Shown: piece by piece, positions 18,176 to 31,409 of the stretch
Position numbering within the stretch: the first letter of the stretch is position 1
Layout: each line of letters opens with the position of its first letter
DNA from: Craspedostauros australis
Lineage: Eukaryota
Length of the DNA stretch: 40,584 nt
Reading direction: 5' to 3'
Assembly (NCBI GenBank): GCA_030167865.1
Contig: JALAGF010000526.1
Location: 1 to 40,584, forward strand
Notes under the pieces: model-generated
Database searches by the model: none
What the model was told of the DNA's origin: nothing
Seen by the model: the letters and a program-made list of their open reading frames with translations, nothing else
Made by a program: the position numbers and the translations under genes

Positions 18176-21065
18176 ATGCAAGCCGTATGCGCGTGTCTGC
18201 TGGTGTTGGCATGCACGCACGTTGCTGCGTTCGAACCATTGTCGTTCACCCGCAAGTGTGTGCAGAACAGCGCATGGTCCACAAGTGCCGCCTCGTCGTA
18301 CAACAGGCGCGCATTGGCGCTTTGGACGGTGGCAGATGACGCCAATTTGGAAAGCAACCAGGACGAGGATATCACTGCTGAAAGCACCGCAGATGCAGTG
18401 GTCTACGACTCATCGGAAACGCCCATGGTGGCGGGTCTCGAGGACTTGAAAGCCGCCGGCGTGCAGCAATTGGCAACGGAAGCGTCCCAAGGCGGCCCGA
18501 TCTCGCTTGGCGACTTGATTCCGAGCATCACGGGTGGAGACGAACCATTCGTGTTGTCGTGCCTGTCTCACTTTGGCGACTACAACGCTTGGGAATTGAC
18601 GCAGCAGTACACCACCGCCATCGAACAAGGACGGATTGGTACCAACACGTAAGTGATCGCGTGCGGAGTCTGCATGGCATTGCGACAGTTGTGCGATTGG
18701 CTAAAATGAACCAGAAAGCGGAGCAGCCGTTGTTGTTTTGGTACCAAGCTGGCATGCAAGCTGGTGTGCAAGCTGGTGCTATTTACGCTCATCAACACGA
18801 CTCGTATTTCATCGGCCTCCATTCTTTCTCACATAATTTCTTCTTCTGCACACCCGCGCACGCACACATGCACGAATCAACAACAACAACAACAACAACA
18901 TGTGTTGAAATAGACCGGTCGTCCTGGTAGGCATCGGGTCGGCAGAGGCTGGGCAAAAGTTCTGGGACGACCTGGGTCTGGACAGGTACTCCGACGTACT
19001 CACGCTGGTCGCCGACGAAACGGGTGCCGTCGCCCGAAAGATGGGATGCTACCAGGGCTGGTTGACGCTCGATCGGGAGCATTCCAAGCGGTGGAAGCAA
19101 ACGCAGATCAATCCCTACATCCGCCTTCTGGGCATGGTCTCCGGTTTCGGATCGCCTGGAACCATCAGCGAAGTGCTGTACGGGTACACTGGAGATGCCA
19201 AGAACAAGAACGGCATCCATGGTCGGAAGTGGGTCGTCGACGCGCTCCTGCAGGGTTCGTCGAAGGGAAGATTGCCATCCGTGACGAAGAACTCGTTTGA
19301 CTCCGTGCCAGCCGGCTCGGGTCTGCGAGCATTCGAATTGGCGACGCTGCGGTTGCAAACTGGTCTCCACATCGTCGCGAACTGGGGCAAGCTCGGACCG
19401 GAGGACGGGGAGCTATTCACCCAGATGGGCGGGACCTTCGTCTTTCGAGGTTCGGAATGCCGGTGGCATCACTTCGATGCCGGAATTCTCACCTACGCCG
19501 ACATGGGCACTGTGTGCAACGTCTTGAAGAGCGAAGCCGGAGCTGTGGCACCCCTCGAGCTTGGGCCACTCGAAGAAGTCTTCAAGGCGAACAATGATTC
19601 GAGAAAGTCTCCTCTCAAATCTTTACGCAAGTCCAAAGCCGTAGCCGCACCAGAGCCTGCACCAGAGCCAGTACCAGAACCTGCACCAGAGCTTGCACCA
19701 GAGCTTGCATCAGAGTATGCACCAGAGCTTGCACCAGAGCTTGCATCAGAGCCTGTATCAGAGCTTGCACCAGAGCCTGTACCAGAGCTTGCAACAGAGC
19801 TTGCATCAGAGTATGCACCAGAGCTTGCACCAGAGCCTGTACCAGAGCTTGCACCAGAGCTTGCACCAGAGCTTGCATCAGAGCTTGCATCAGAGTATGC
19901 ACCAGAACTTGTATCAGAGCCTGCACCAGAGCCTGTACCAGAGCCTGCATCAGAGCCAGCACCAGAGCCTGTATCTGAGCTTGCTCCAGAGCTTGCACCA
20001 GAGCTTGCACCAGAGCCAGCATCAGAGCCTCTACCAGAGTCTGTATCAGAGCCTACAGTTGTGGTGGGAACAAATGATGTACATGGTGAAGAGAAGGCCG
20101 TCCTCGAGCAGGAGCAGGACGTCAGAGAGTCTGTCAAAGCTGAGGCCATGGAGCGTGCGCAAAAGGCCATTGAGATGGCTCGGCAGGCGGCCGTTACAAC
20201 CCCTCCGCAAACCGACAGCGACACCGTTGACAATGAAAGTGAGGCACCTATCGAAGCTGTGCAGGAAGAGTCTCCGCCATCACTTGGTAGTGAGAAGGTA
20301 GAGGCAGTCCAAGAAGTCAACGACAAGGAGGCAGTTGATGTTGATGATACCAGTGATGTTGCAACAGCAGTTCCACTTGGGCAGGATACAAAGGATGAAA
20401 AGGAAGACACAATGACGCAGATCAAAGCGGAGGTATTGGAAGAAGAATCAGTTGATTCAGAGCCAGAGATCGCAACGCAGATCGACGTGAAAGTAAAGGA
20501 AGAGGAATCCGTTCATTCAGAGCCAGAGGTAGAAGCAGAGCCAGAACCAGAGGCAAAGGTTGAAATCAAGAAGGAGGAAAGCGAAAAGGCCCCGCCAAAG
20601 CCTGAGCCGGCGGGCGGTGGGACCGGCGTGTGGGCAGTCGTTGCCAAAAACCAATCCGAGTACGCAGAGCAACGAAATCAACTTCGCGAGAAATTGGATA
20701 TGGGATACAAGCCGAAGGACGAGGCGAACAGTGCGGTGGATACCACTCCCACCGTCGCAAAGGACGAGGAAGAACCGGAAGAACCGAAAGGGGACGCGGC
20801 AGAAGCTGCCGATGAGATGTCCAAGCCCAACGCGAACCGAACCGACGAACTCAAGCAGCGCGGCTTACTCGCAGCTCGATTGAAAATGCAGGCGTCTACG
20901 CGGTCCCTTGCCGCGCAGGCACCCGCAACTACAACTGCTCCAATGCCAAGCTCCACCAACAACGAGTTCGACGACAAAGTCGTTTCCTCGAGCAAGCCGA
21001 AGGATGGAAACAAGCATGCAGGTGCGGGAAAGCCCAAATCCAAAGCCAAGGGCTTCGGGAAATAA
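18176..21065 (+). CDS. Putative plastid-targeted AhpC/TSA-like (peroxiredoxin-like, cyanobacterial/algal type) protein with a long Pro/Glu-rich C-terminal extension; exons 18176-18648 and 18914-21065
   Basis: Signal peptide MQAVCACLLVLACTHVAA followed by FEP (ASAFAP-like); LSHFGDYNAWE, VVLVGIGS, GSPGTISEVLYGYTGD, LRAFELATLRLQ, TQMGGTFVF, HFDAGILTYA; intron 18649-18913 (GTAAGT...TAG) keeps the frame; ends KAKGFGK. Confidence 0.82.
19647..20054 (+). repeat. Coding minisatellite, 34 x 12-bp units (consensus GCACCAGAGCYT; encodes A/V-P/S-E-P/L/Y)
   Basis: Directly visible tandem array gcaccagagcct / gcaccagagctt / gcatcagagtat over 408 bp. Confidence 0.95.
20405..20530 (+). repeat. Diverged 60-bp (20-aa) tandem duplication within the coding sequence
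   Basis: TQIKAEVLEEESVDSEPEI versus TQIDVKVKEEESVHSEPEV; the nucleotide lines align at a 60-bp offset. Confidence 0.8.
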
Positions 21066-21222
21066 ATAAGCAAGCGACGTGGTAAAGACTATTGTATTGG
21101 TTGAGTGGCTGTGACTGTGCCTGGGTGCCGTAGATTTCGACAGTTATAACCTGAAACAAGTGGAGACAAAGCAGGTGCATCAACATACACCAATCCAAAC
21201 TCGCTTGGCGTGCTCCGCCATC

Positions 21223-24200
21223 TTACTTCTTTCCGTACGCCGGCAGACCGAAGTCGGCCAGGCTGTACTTCGTCTTGGCATTGCCCAGCTGTGCTGTGGA
21301 TACCCCCATGATGCTGACGTTGTTTCGTTGCTTCTTCGTTTTGGTGCGATCAGGAGTCGCTTCCTTGCTCGTATTAGCAAACGCGGCTCCTTGCCGACGA
21401 TCCAAATGAGAATCCAAACCGAGCGACATCTGCGTGCGCCCAAATGCATCCACACTGCTGTTGTCGAACATCTCGTCATTCCTACTTGCATGCCTTTCAC
21501 CCGTTCTGAATGCGTCATCAGATTGGCTGGCACACAGTGCATCTTTGTGGTTGGCATCTTCATCACTGTTTGCCTCTCCTTCCGACTGATCGTCATCATC
21601 ACTGCCGCTTTCATCGCTGTCTGTTTCTACGATGGCTTCCAGCTGATTCTCAACAGATCGTCGCCTGCGGTTGGAAAGGCCACGACCAGCCAAGGAAACC
21701 ATGTTTTGCGTCTCCATCCCCATTTCCTCGTCTTCTTCTACCCCAGAGGTCGCGCCGCCATTGTCGCCTCCTTCGGCGTCTTCATTCACAAAGTCGGCAT
21801 GATTCATGGCCCCGACACCAAGATCCATTGCACTGCTGCACTCGTCGTCTGCTTCCTTCGCATCCAATCCAGAGGCTCCTCTTGCTTTCGTGGTACCTCC
21901 AACTTCTCTGCACTGCAGTGGAAAAATGAGTGACGGTTCCTCAGCCAATATCTCATCGCATCTGTCACTGCCAATCTCATTCAACGACTTGTGCAATTCC
22001 AAGGCGCCATGGATCTTTAGATCAGAATCTCTCGATTTTGATCCTTTCTTCTTGCCATTGGGCTTGTTCTTATCATCGTTTTTCCTGCCATTTTTACTGC
22101 GCCAGATGTCGTCGAGGAAGGCACCATCCTTGAATTTGAACAGGTTCTCGGTGCCGAATAGCTCGCCACGCCTCGAATTGTCGCCTTGGACGCCGCGGAA
22201 CATTCGCTTCGTCGTGGAGGAGGTGCCTGACTTGAGAGTGTCGTGTTTGAGTTGAACCTTGTACAGCTGCCTCAGATACTTCAGCTCATCGATGGTCCCG
22301 CGCGACACCAGCCGGAGCACTTGCACATTCTTCGTCTGACCAATACGGAACGAACGATCCTGAGCCTGTTGATCCCAGCTGGGGTTCCATTCCACGTCGA
22401 CTGTTGTGGTCACATTGCGAATGGTGCGGGTGGGGAGGCGGTTTCCGACAGAGACATGACGGAGAAATGGTGAACGCGAGAACAGTATGTGAGCTTTGCT
22501 GTGACGGATGAAGTGGTAGGCATCGATGTTCACAATTCATGGTTGTCTCATCATATACATTGGACTTATCCACGGAATTTTCTTTTGCCACAGCAGCTGC
22601 CGATTTCAAAACGATAGATGCAACACAGAATGCAGGACGCCACATCCGCAGAAGCACCTCAGAGACTTGGATACGACCAGTACTTACAGATAATGACCTT
22701 GTTTGCTTCCTGAGATGCACAATGGTACGCGAGAGGTGCGACGTTGACAGAGACAAGGTAAGTCCAGAGATGAGATGGTTAGACAGAGAAACAGAGAGAG
22801 AGAGAGAGAGCAATGGCGGCAGAGCACGGCGTACTCTCCTGCAGCCTACGAGCATTGGGTCCCATCAACAACGCTCCACCGAAGTGGTCGCCATCGAGGA
22901 TACTTTCGTATGCCATACCAGAACGTTTGGAACCAGACCAACAACGCTTCACGAACACATTTCGGATCACTTACCACCAGGTTGATGCCCAGTCCCATTG
23001 CCTTCGTGGAAAGTAAGAACGCGACGATTTCGGGTTTCTTGCGAAAGTTGTCCGCAATCTGCTCCCTTTGCGCGGGTGGAGTCGTTCCATCCATTCGAGA
23101 ATACGCGTAGTTGACCCGGACGTAGCTCTCAATCAAGTCCAGTGTTTGTGTGGAGGCCGAAAAGATCAGCACCTTGCTTCCCTCAGCGCTGAACTTGTCC
23201 AGCAGCTTTGCCAGGACCTTCATTTTCCCAGACAGCGCGGAATGGTCATGCATGACTCCAGGTTGACGTTGCAAGCCACCCGGCAGCACCTTCTGCACCT
23301 CCTTTGGAAATGCCACCTTGGCGAACTGCAAACTCTGCGTGTACTTGATGTTCTCATCCGAACCAGGAGTTGACGAGCTTGGGGTCTGCTTCGCTTGCAA
23401 AAGGGCGACGTGCGAGCTTAGTTTGTATCTGGAATGCAACAAAGCGTCATGTACATTATCGTATCATGTATCATGTATCATGCAGCACGTGGCATGCCAT
23501 CGAGGGAGTGGGGATAGTTGTGTGAGTTGGATGGGGTTAACGAGAATGGGACATCAAATGATCGAAAGAGTGTGGCACCAGAGTGACGCTTCAGCAGTCA
23601 AGCGACAGCTGCGATGATGACAGTACTCGCAACGACCAACGAACCGATAACGGACTCACAATTTGTACAGCGCGGGGAACAGGCAGCAAAAGGGACAGTG
23701 CTCGCATCCCTTCTTCGCCTTGTCTCCTTGATGTTGCTTGTGAAGCAGCCACAAAACGGCATTGGGATCGATCACAGCTTCAGTTGCGTCATCTGCCCCA
23801 TCATGATTTGGATCCAATGGGATTCTGTAACAGCACTTCTTCCTCTTGGTGATACTGCGCTTGTTCCTGCGATAGAAGTCCATCTTCTTGGAGCGGGTTG
23901 GTTGTCGCATGTACTGCTCGAAGAATGTCTTGTTGATGGTACAATCGCATGGGCTATTGGCGTATCGCAGCAGTTCGAAGTCTGGAAGTGACAGAATGTG
24001 CTCGTAGATTTTCTTTTGAAGAGGCGAAAGCTCGCATAACACAACTTGTTCATTCTTTTCGGGAAGTGAATCCGCAAGCACCTGTGTCTTCAGCCGCTGG
24101 ATGAACACAGTAGACAGCTTCTGATTGAGTTCCTGACTCGTCTTCTCGCTGGCTTCGATGACACGACGGTCGGCATTCTTTGACCTATCAGCGAGGAGGA

Positions 24201-27200
24201 TGAAAAAGTGTACAAAAGCATCATGTGAGTATTGATGATGCACGTGAAGAGCGTTTGTCCACAAATCCATTCGGAAGTTCGAGACGACGATCGAGTTGGC
24301 ATAGCGTGGTGGCTCTCACATACTCGTACGTATGTTGCGAGGAATTGAGTCAGGTAGAGACAGCAGATTCATTCCAGTTCCTCCGCCCAAGCACAAGAAT
24401 TCATCCATGATGATACATCATCCTTCACTTCTTGCAGAGATGCTGCTTCACTCACCGTCCGTACTTGATTGGCATCCCGAAGCGACTTTTGAAGTCATCC
24501 CAGGTTCCCAAAAATCCCTCCTCCACAAGATCGATGAGGTTCCACAGCTCCTTGTGCTCATTTTGCATCAATGTGCCCGTCATGCCGATGACCAAGCTAT
24601 TGGGCGTCTTGAGATCTCGAAGATTCCGCGAGAGGGTGCCATTTTTGTTCTGAGAATGAAGGATCGGATTGGATTGGAGTTGAGTTGAGTTGAGAAGGTA
24701 AGAAATGAAGGTGCGAGTGTGAGTTTTGGAGATGCATACCTTGGTAGGAGTCGGGAAGTGTGTACTCGTATCGCCATGTTCTTGGAGTGTTGGCGACTGC
24801 GCGACGCACCTTGAAGATATGAAATTCGTCAATGATGATCAGCTTCCAATCGATGGCTTTGAGCTCCGCAAACTTCTGCTGGAACATCGACTTGGAGACC
24901 AGGAGGATCTCGGCCTGCCCTTGATGTATCATTTGCAGTGCAATGGATCGTTGAGCGGGATTGCTCGCAAACGTCGCAACACCGAAGTGTGCCCACATAG
25001 ACAGTTCCGCCTTCCAATTATCAATCGTAGAGACAGGAACGATGATGATCACTGGACATCGTTCGAGCTTCAGCGTTTGCTTCTTGAAGTCGTCATCGAT
25101 GACACTTTCTATCCCTGCGATGAGCCGTCCCTGCATCAAGGCTTGCTCCTTCTGCTGCTCCCAAGCTTTGATTTTGGTTCTGATGCGATCTCGACGATGG
25201 TGCAGCTGAAGCAGATCTTCCGCGGTTCCTTTCCTATTGAACAGTGCTGCCAACAGAGCGATAACTTGGAGGGTTTTGCCACAACCCATGTCGTCACCGA
25301 TAATGACTCCATGCTTTCGACATATTGCTTCGTACATGAATTGGATCCCTTCTCGTTGGAATTCGGGTAAGTAGCGTGACAGCGATGCTGGAACCTGATG
25401 TGTATCGCATGCTGTCTCTTCACCTGTGGTGTTCCGGAGGAGAAGCGGCTTCAGCTCAAATGGGCCAAAATGGGGTTGAGCCAGCGTTGGATGCAGCATT
25501 TTTCGCAGTTCTTCCATTGGGCGTTGTAGCATCCCAGCGTAATGTTTGTGGTTGAAACCATCATAGTCGTCGAGCATGACGTTGGAGCGACTTGGTGATG
25601 GTTTCGACCGCTTCGGACTCGTTGAATGTCGTTTCTTCCGCGGTGTTGACATTCCATCCTTTCCTCGATGTTCCTGATGGTTTCGCTTTGGACTTTCCAT
25701 GTTCCCATGGCTGTTATCGGTGTCATTGCCGCTGTCACTGTCAGACCACAAGGCATCATGTTCAGCTGCTTCCGTCCTTTTCGGTTGCATTGATTCCGAC
25801 TGCTGTGACTGCAATTGTTTTGGATCCGGTTCTGAGTGTGATTCTTGTGGTGAAGGTGGTGGTTGCAGTTGCTCTTGTGGCGACTGCAATTGTGTGACTG
25901 GCTGCATTGTGTCTTTCAAGGACTCTGCTCTGTCTGAGGCTCGAGTGCATCGATTTGTCTCATCCGCAAACACCGAAAGCAAATGCTCACGTTGGCTCGA
26001 TGATTCTGACATGGCGGAATGCCGTGTTCTATCCTTGGTCGACTTCTTCCATTTCGACTTGCTGCCTTGTTGCTCTTTCTGTTTCCGATTGTATGTGTGC
26101 ACGATCTGGTCAACGCTGCCATCAACGCTACCATCCACACTGTTCTCGCCGTCAACAGCAGTATCGTCGTCAATATCACCGCCGTCGCTGTCGTTGCTGC
26201 TGCTGCTGCAGATTAATGCATCGTGTATCCTCTGCCGCAACGTAGTCGTTGACATGAGCTTGCTGCTTGTCGCAGACGCTTTCCGCTTCTTTGCCTTTTG
26301 ATTCTTCGCAGAAGAGTCATTAGCTTTACTCTTATTCTTCCTACTACTGCGATCATGATCATGATCATGATCGCGATTGCATCTTTGTTTCTGCAATGAT
26401 CTCCGTCTCGATGAAGAGGATCGTCTTGGCACTCTCTGGCCGACTTCATCGTCAGGAGGATCTTGGTTGACGCTTCTCTGATCAGCGTTGGTGCTATCAA
26501 AGCTACTGCCGGGATTGTGCTTCTGCTGTTTCTCGCGAAAGACGCCAAGAAGATCATCACAACTTTCATCTGAATCCGACAGCTGCTGTGAGCCCTGCAC
26601 CGATGCTTGGCTGTTGCCCAACGAGGAATCTATTCGAGACGATTGCGATAAATGCTGTGAACTTGCGCATTGTTTTTCCGAATGATTGTCGTTGGAATGG
26701 TGTGATGAGAATACTTGCGTTCGCTTGACGTTGGGCGAATTCAACCACCTCGATCGTTCCTCCGTGATGAAGCTGGCATTCCGATCGAACGATGAATTTA
26801 TCCTTTTCCTTGAAGGCTCTGCCAATGCCTCATCTGTGTCGCCGTCGACCTGTCTTCCGGTACGATCAACTCGCGGTCGCTTGATTGCCGAATCCGGAGA
26901 CTCCAGCATTGACTCCAACAAGCTTCGGTTCACAGTCTTGTTCCTATCGTCATCTTGACTGCTCGAGATACAAAGAGAGGAGGATGCGCGCCTTTTCGAA
27001 GTTGCCGGTCGGACAAAAGATCTCTTTTTCGATGGTGATTGTTGCGAGGAAGTCGTGGTGTTTTGTGACAATGAAAAGAGACCATCGTCGTCGTCGTCGT
27101 CGTCATGGTGGCCTGATGCGTCGCTGTTGCCATTCCACCTGTTGCTGTTTCTGCTAGTGCTGCTAGAGCTACCCCTCTCCTTCCTCTTCCTCGCTCGTTC

Positions 27201-27326
27201 CGACGCGGCATCGTCTGACCTTCTCTGACTGGCTTCTGCAGCCTCTCTTGATTTCGCAAGTCTCCGCTCTTCTCGCTTCTCAAACTGCTGCAGCTTCCTC
27301 TGCCGAATAGCAAAGATTTCGCTCAT
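21223..27326 (-). CDS. ERCC6L2: SNF2-family DNA repair helicase, ERCC6L2/plant CHR9(SWI2)-like, ~1629 aa; exons 27326-24810, 24649-24456, 24184-23660, 23428-22975, 22709-22688, 22400-21223
   Basis: [118 protein letters not shown].ENLF. All five introns are GT-AG and phase-consistent by manual check. Confidence 0.87.
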
Positions 27327-27881
27327 GCCTGTGACAGTCCTTTCCAACTGCTAATGCCGCTGTGGATTGTTAATGGTGATGGTGATGTTGATCGGGGGTG
27401 TATAGTGTGGTTCCAGAGTTACTGTGGGCCGAGCAGTCGTATTGTTGTGATTGACCTCGGCAGAAAGTGCGTCTGTTCTGTTTGTGTCGGCGTTTCTGTG
27501 CCTTCGTACTTTCGCGCAAGTCAAATTCAAATTTACCGTTGAAAACCGTTATTTCGGATCGAATCATCCGACTACAATGCCAGTACAAGAAAGGGCGCAT
27601 GCCGCCCAGATGAGCACTCTGTATTGGCATACATTCGCACCCCGACCTCCAGTGAACACACAAACGATGAATGAGGCATGCTTGCATGAGCAGAGACTGC
27701 GTTTTATTATATATAGTAGATCGTTTAATGTTGCAGAGCGAACCCGTGGTGTGACTTTCAAATAAGTCGGTCGAGATTGTTCATGGAGATGATGCAATTG
27801 CTGCGTCGAAAGAATTCTGTGTTTGCGGCTTAGCTTCGGCAATGTTTTGCCGTTGCTCCTGCGTTCCTCCAAAAGGAAACT

Positions 27882-28649
27882 TCATTGGAGAACCCCGGCC
27901 TCGTTCCGCAGCTTGTCCAACAGCTCGTCGACATCTTGGACCATGACGCCTTCCTTGCGCGGTGGCGGCTCCATGACCTCCAGCACCTCGTTGTGCGGAT
28001 CCAAGTCGACGCCGAGGTCTTCGATCGCGATTGTGTCCACTGGCTTTTTCTTGGCCTTCATGATGTTGGGCAACGTGGCGTACCGCGGTTCATTCAATCG
28101 CAGATCGCAGGTCACCACAGCCGGAAGGCTGGGGATCTGGATCGTCTCCGTTCCTTCATCCGTTTCTCGCTCCACGCTGATGCCGCCGTTGCCATCGTGC
28201 TCGATGTTGGCCGCGAAGGTGACCTGTGGCCATCCCAAGAATCCCGCCAGCATCGGCCCCGTCTGTCCGCAATCGGAGTCGATGCCCTGCTTGCCCAACA
28301 ACACGAGGTCGCTCTGCTCCTGCTCCACGACCTTTTGGAACAACTGCGCAATGGCGTACGGTTGCAGCTGCATGTAGTCCGTGCGCTGGTCGGTGAGGAT
28401 GTGGATACCGCGATCGCAGCCCATGGCCAGGGCGGTCCGCAGGGTCTCCGTGCACTGCTTGGGACCGATGGAGACGGCGACGACCTCCTCGGCCTGCTTG
28501 GCCTCCTTGCATCGCACGGCTTCCTCGATGGCGATCTGGCAGAAGGGGTTGGGGGACATCTTGACGCTGGCCAGATCGACCGTCGCCTTCTGGACGCGGA
28601 CCTTGACCGCGTAATCCACGACTCTCTTGACACCGACAAGGATCTTCAT
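27882..28649 (-). CDS. ETFB: Electron transfer flavoprotein beta subunit, 255 aa
   Basis: MKILVGVKRVVDYAVKVRV, MSPNPFCQIAIEEAVR, LGKQGIDSDCGQTG, DLRLNEPRYATLPNIMKAKKK. Confidence 0.97.
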   Translation of the reverse strand: MKILVGVKRVVDYAVKVRVQKATVDLASVKMSPNPFCQIAIEEAVRCKEAKQAEEVVAVSIGPKQCTETLRTALAMGCDRGIHILTDQRTDYMQLQPYAIAQLFQKVVEQEQSDLVLLGKQGIDSDCGQTGPMLAGFLGWPQVTFAANIEHDGNGGISVERETDEGTETIQIPSLPAVVTCDLRLNEPRYATLPNIMKAKKKPVDTIAIEDLGVDLDPHNEVLEVMEPPPRKEGVMVQDVDELLDKLRNEAGVLQ

Positions 28650-29452
28650 TGCGTTTCTTGGGATTATTTCTTGAGGTTGAACTGAGTTGTGCTGGCGTTG
28701 GAGAGAGGACTCTACTGATGTTTGTACGTATGGAGTGATTGAATTGCACCTGGAGAGAGGATTTGTTGGATGAGCTTGCGAGTTTATGACTCTCCAGAGC
28801 CGGAGGGTGTGGTTGTGGTGATGGTGATGCTGGTTGCGGCGCTCTCTATCTCGCGATGCCGATGAGAAATGATCCTTGTTGGTGATGTTTGTTTTCTTCT
28901 GTGGTCGGTTGTGTGGGTTGGTGTCGATGATGCCGTCACTTTTTGTTCGCTGGTGTGTTGTTTGTGATGATGATGTCCGTGAGAAATGAGAAGTCATGAC
29001 GCGCGTTCGCTTCTTGACACCTTTGGGTCGAACAGGTCGACTGTGCAGGATTCCAAATCATGCGAATTTCCACGAGATTGGCACGCGAGTTTTACCAAAG
29101 GATGAGGACGCACGAAACATGAATTGGAGTGGGACATGCTAAATCAGATTCAACAAGTATCTTTCGATGGTTGACACCTTCGACAAACGAACACTTGCCT
29201 CGCCACGCACACGCACTCCCTTTTGTGGTGACGTGTGGCTTGCATGCACTGATGATGGCCTCATCTGTTGATGCCTCAATCCATCAATCGAGAAGTATCC
29301 CACAAGATCTCAGGCTCCCATCGCACCGGAAGAGCTCGTCCTTCAGCGGCAATACTACACCGCGCCGCACCATAGTATTATACGACCCAAGCAGAGGACA
29401 TACAAAGGATCAACAGTGTTGCATAGATCTTCACCACAGTGCATTGCTCAAC

Positions 29453-31409
29453 ATGATTTGGAGACCAGGTTCATCGGCATTCCATCTCCTTGCTGCGATT
29501 GGGATCGGTGGTGTGTTCAATGATGTGAACAATGTCGACGTGGGAGTCGAAGCTGCATTCGCTGCTTCGAAGAGGAAGAACGTTGCGTTCGGCCATCACA
29601 CCGTCCAACGATCGGCTGCAATCTCTGCAGCTGTGCGACGGAGCAATATCGATATCGCACTTGCAGCATCGGCATCAACGACGGACAGCGAGAAGAGCCG
29701 GACCAAGCCAATTCAACGATTGAAGTCATGGGCCGAACAGAGCGGGATCAAGTGAGTTGATGTATGCACGTTGATTTTGACGTGTGGATTGCATGTGTGC
29801 AGCATGAAATGATGATCGCATCAAATGCAGCTGCCGTCTCCGTCTTCCTGCTAACTCCACCAGTCCCTCCAACGCTCTCTTTCAATCTCGTCCCATTGCA
29901 TTGCGTCCCATGTTGGTCTGTCTCAGATCTGGTGGCATTGATGTGGAGTATTGTCCGAAGTCTTCCGGTTTGGGCATCGTCAACACACGACAACTTCCGC
30001 GCGACAGCGTCGTCATTTCAGTGCCATCATCCGTGGCCCTCACAGTCGAAGCAGGTTCCGGTCCGGACGATGTCAGCGTCCTTCTGTCCTCCAGCGGGAT
30101 CGTGACGGACCGCAAGGCCGTGCGAGGTCTGCCATGGTACGCCCAATTCTCGCTCTACCTGCACAAATTGGACAACGTCTGTTCCAAGAAGGGATACGGT
30201 CGCACGGATCAAAAGAGCGACAGCGACGACGGCGCGCTGGAGCTGCGTCCATGGTTGGATTCGTTACCCCGGGCATTCAGCACGCCGCTGCATTGGTCCG
30301 CTTCCACGCTCAACGAAGATCTGCAGTACTCGCACTTGGCGGATTCGGTGCGACGCCAAAAAGACAACTGGCAACAGCTGTATCAGAAATTGTCCGCGGC
30401 GACGACCGTCACAAAGAAAGGCTCGAGTTCGACCCAACCCATGACTTTCAACGACTTCGTCTGGGGATGCGAAATTGCTCGATCCCGCGCATTCTCCAGC
30501 GGTTATGGGGGATCCGCCTTCAGTCCATCCACCTACATCTTCACGCTGCTGCTCGTCGTCACGTACTTGGGGTTGGATTTGGGCACCGTCGAACAGGCAG
30601 CCAACGGTGCCGCGATCGTCGTCTGCGCATCGATCCTGCGAGACTTCGTCCTGCCAAAGCTGATCAAGACCAAGAAGTACGTCATCTGCCCCTTGATCGA
30701 CATGTGCAACCACCAATCGGTCTCCAACAACGCCAACGTCGCATTCGAATACTTCGGCGATGCGTACAGCCTCGCGACGACGCAAGATGTGGAGGCCACG
30801 CCGCGACGAGAAGTCATCATCAGCTACGGCGACCGATCCAACGACCAGCTGTTGCAATACTATGGATTCGTCGAATCCAACAATCCCAATGACGTCTACG
30901 TGATGCCGCCATTGCGATCCTGGGACATCGGCGCGTTGGAGGAAGCCTGCGGTGGTTCCTTCGCGGCGGGACGATTGTCAAAGTTGGAAAATGCGGGTCT
31001 GCTGGGCAAAACGACGGTGACAACCAACAGCGATGGCGACGACGATGAAAGCAACGGCAATCCGTTGGGCGGTGTGGTCCTCACGCGGGCGGAAGGCATC
31101 GATCTGGCCGTCATTCAAGCACTGCGCGTACTGGTGGCAACCGACGAGGAGTGGATGGAACGCAGCGAAGCCGTCGGCAATTTTGCCACGGAAATTTCAC
31201 CAGAGAACGAACGCAAGGCGCGGTTGGCGGCGAAGATCGCCATCGAGATGGAGCTTTCGTCCAAGCCGACGACGTTGCAGGAAGATGAAATCATACTGAA
31301 GCAGCTGCAGGCGAAGAAGAATGGTGTCGAACCCGAGGAGATCCTGGCAGTTGCGTTCCGCATTGAGAAAAAGAAGATCCTGAAAGAGGCCTTGAATCGC
31401 CTTGGATGA
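29453..31409 (+). CDS. SET-domain Rubisco LSMT-family lysine methyltransferase, probably plastid-targeted; exons 29453-29751 and 29927-31409
   Basis: LKSWAEQSGIK, PWLDSLP, TPLHWS, ARSRAF, PLIDMCNH, ISYGDRSNDQLLQYYGFV, PTTLQEDE, FRIEKKKIL; intron 29752-29926 (GTGAGT...TCAG). N-terminal presequence with VEA-AF; start codon uncertain. Confidence 0.87.

Noticed and set aside
18550-18600. Missing CxxC in the AhpC/TSA-like protein (LSHFGDYNAWE)
   Set aside because: Cyanobacterial/algal members of this subfamily commonly have a GD-x-x-x-x-E motif rather than CxxC, so it is not evidence of novelty.
19493-20425. Long alternative-frame and antisense ORFs over the 12-bp array (HQSL, VQAL and SSGA repeats); possible CRISPR-like array
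   Set aside because: These are by-products of a stop-free tandem repeat inside a real CDS; the units are contiguous with no unique spacers, so it is not a CRISPR.
28650-28997. N-terminal extension of the ETFB ORF, and similar extensions upstream of the SMARCAD1-like, AKR and PARP starts
   Set aside because: Stop-free CA-rich 5' leader sequence; homology or a plausible ATG begins downstream.
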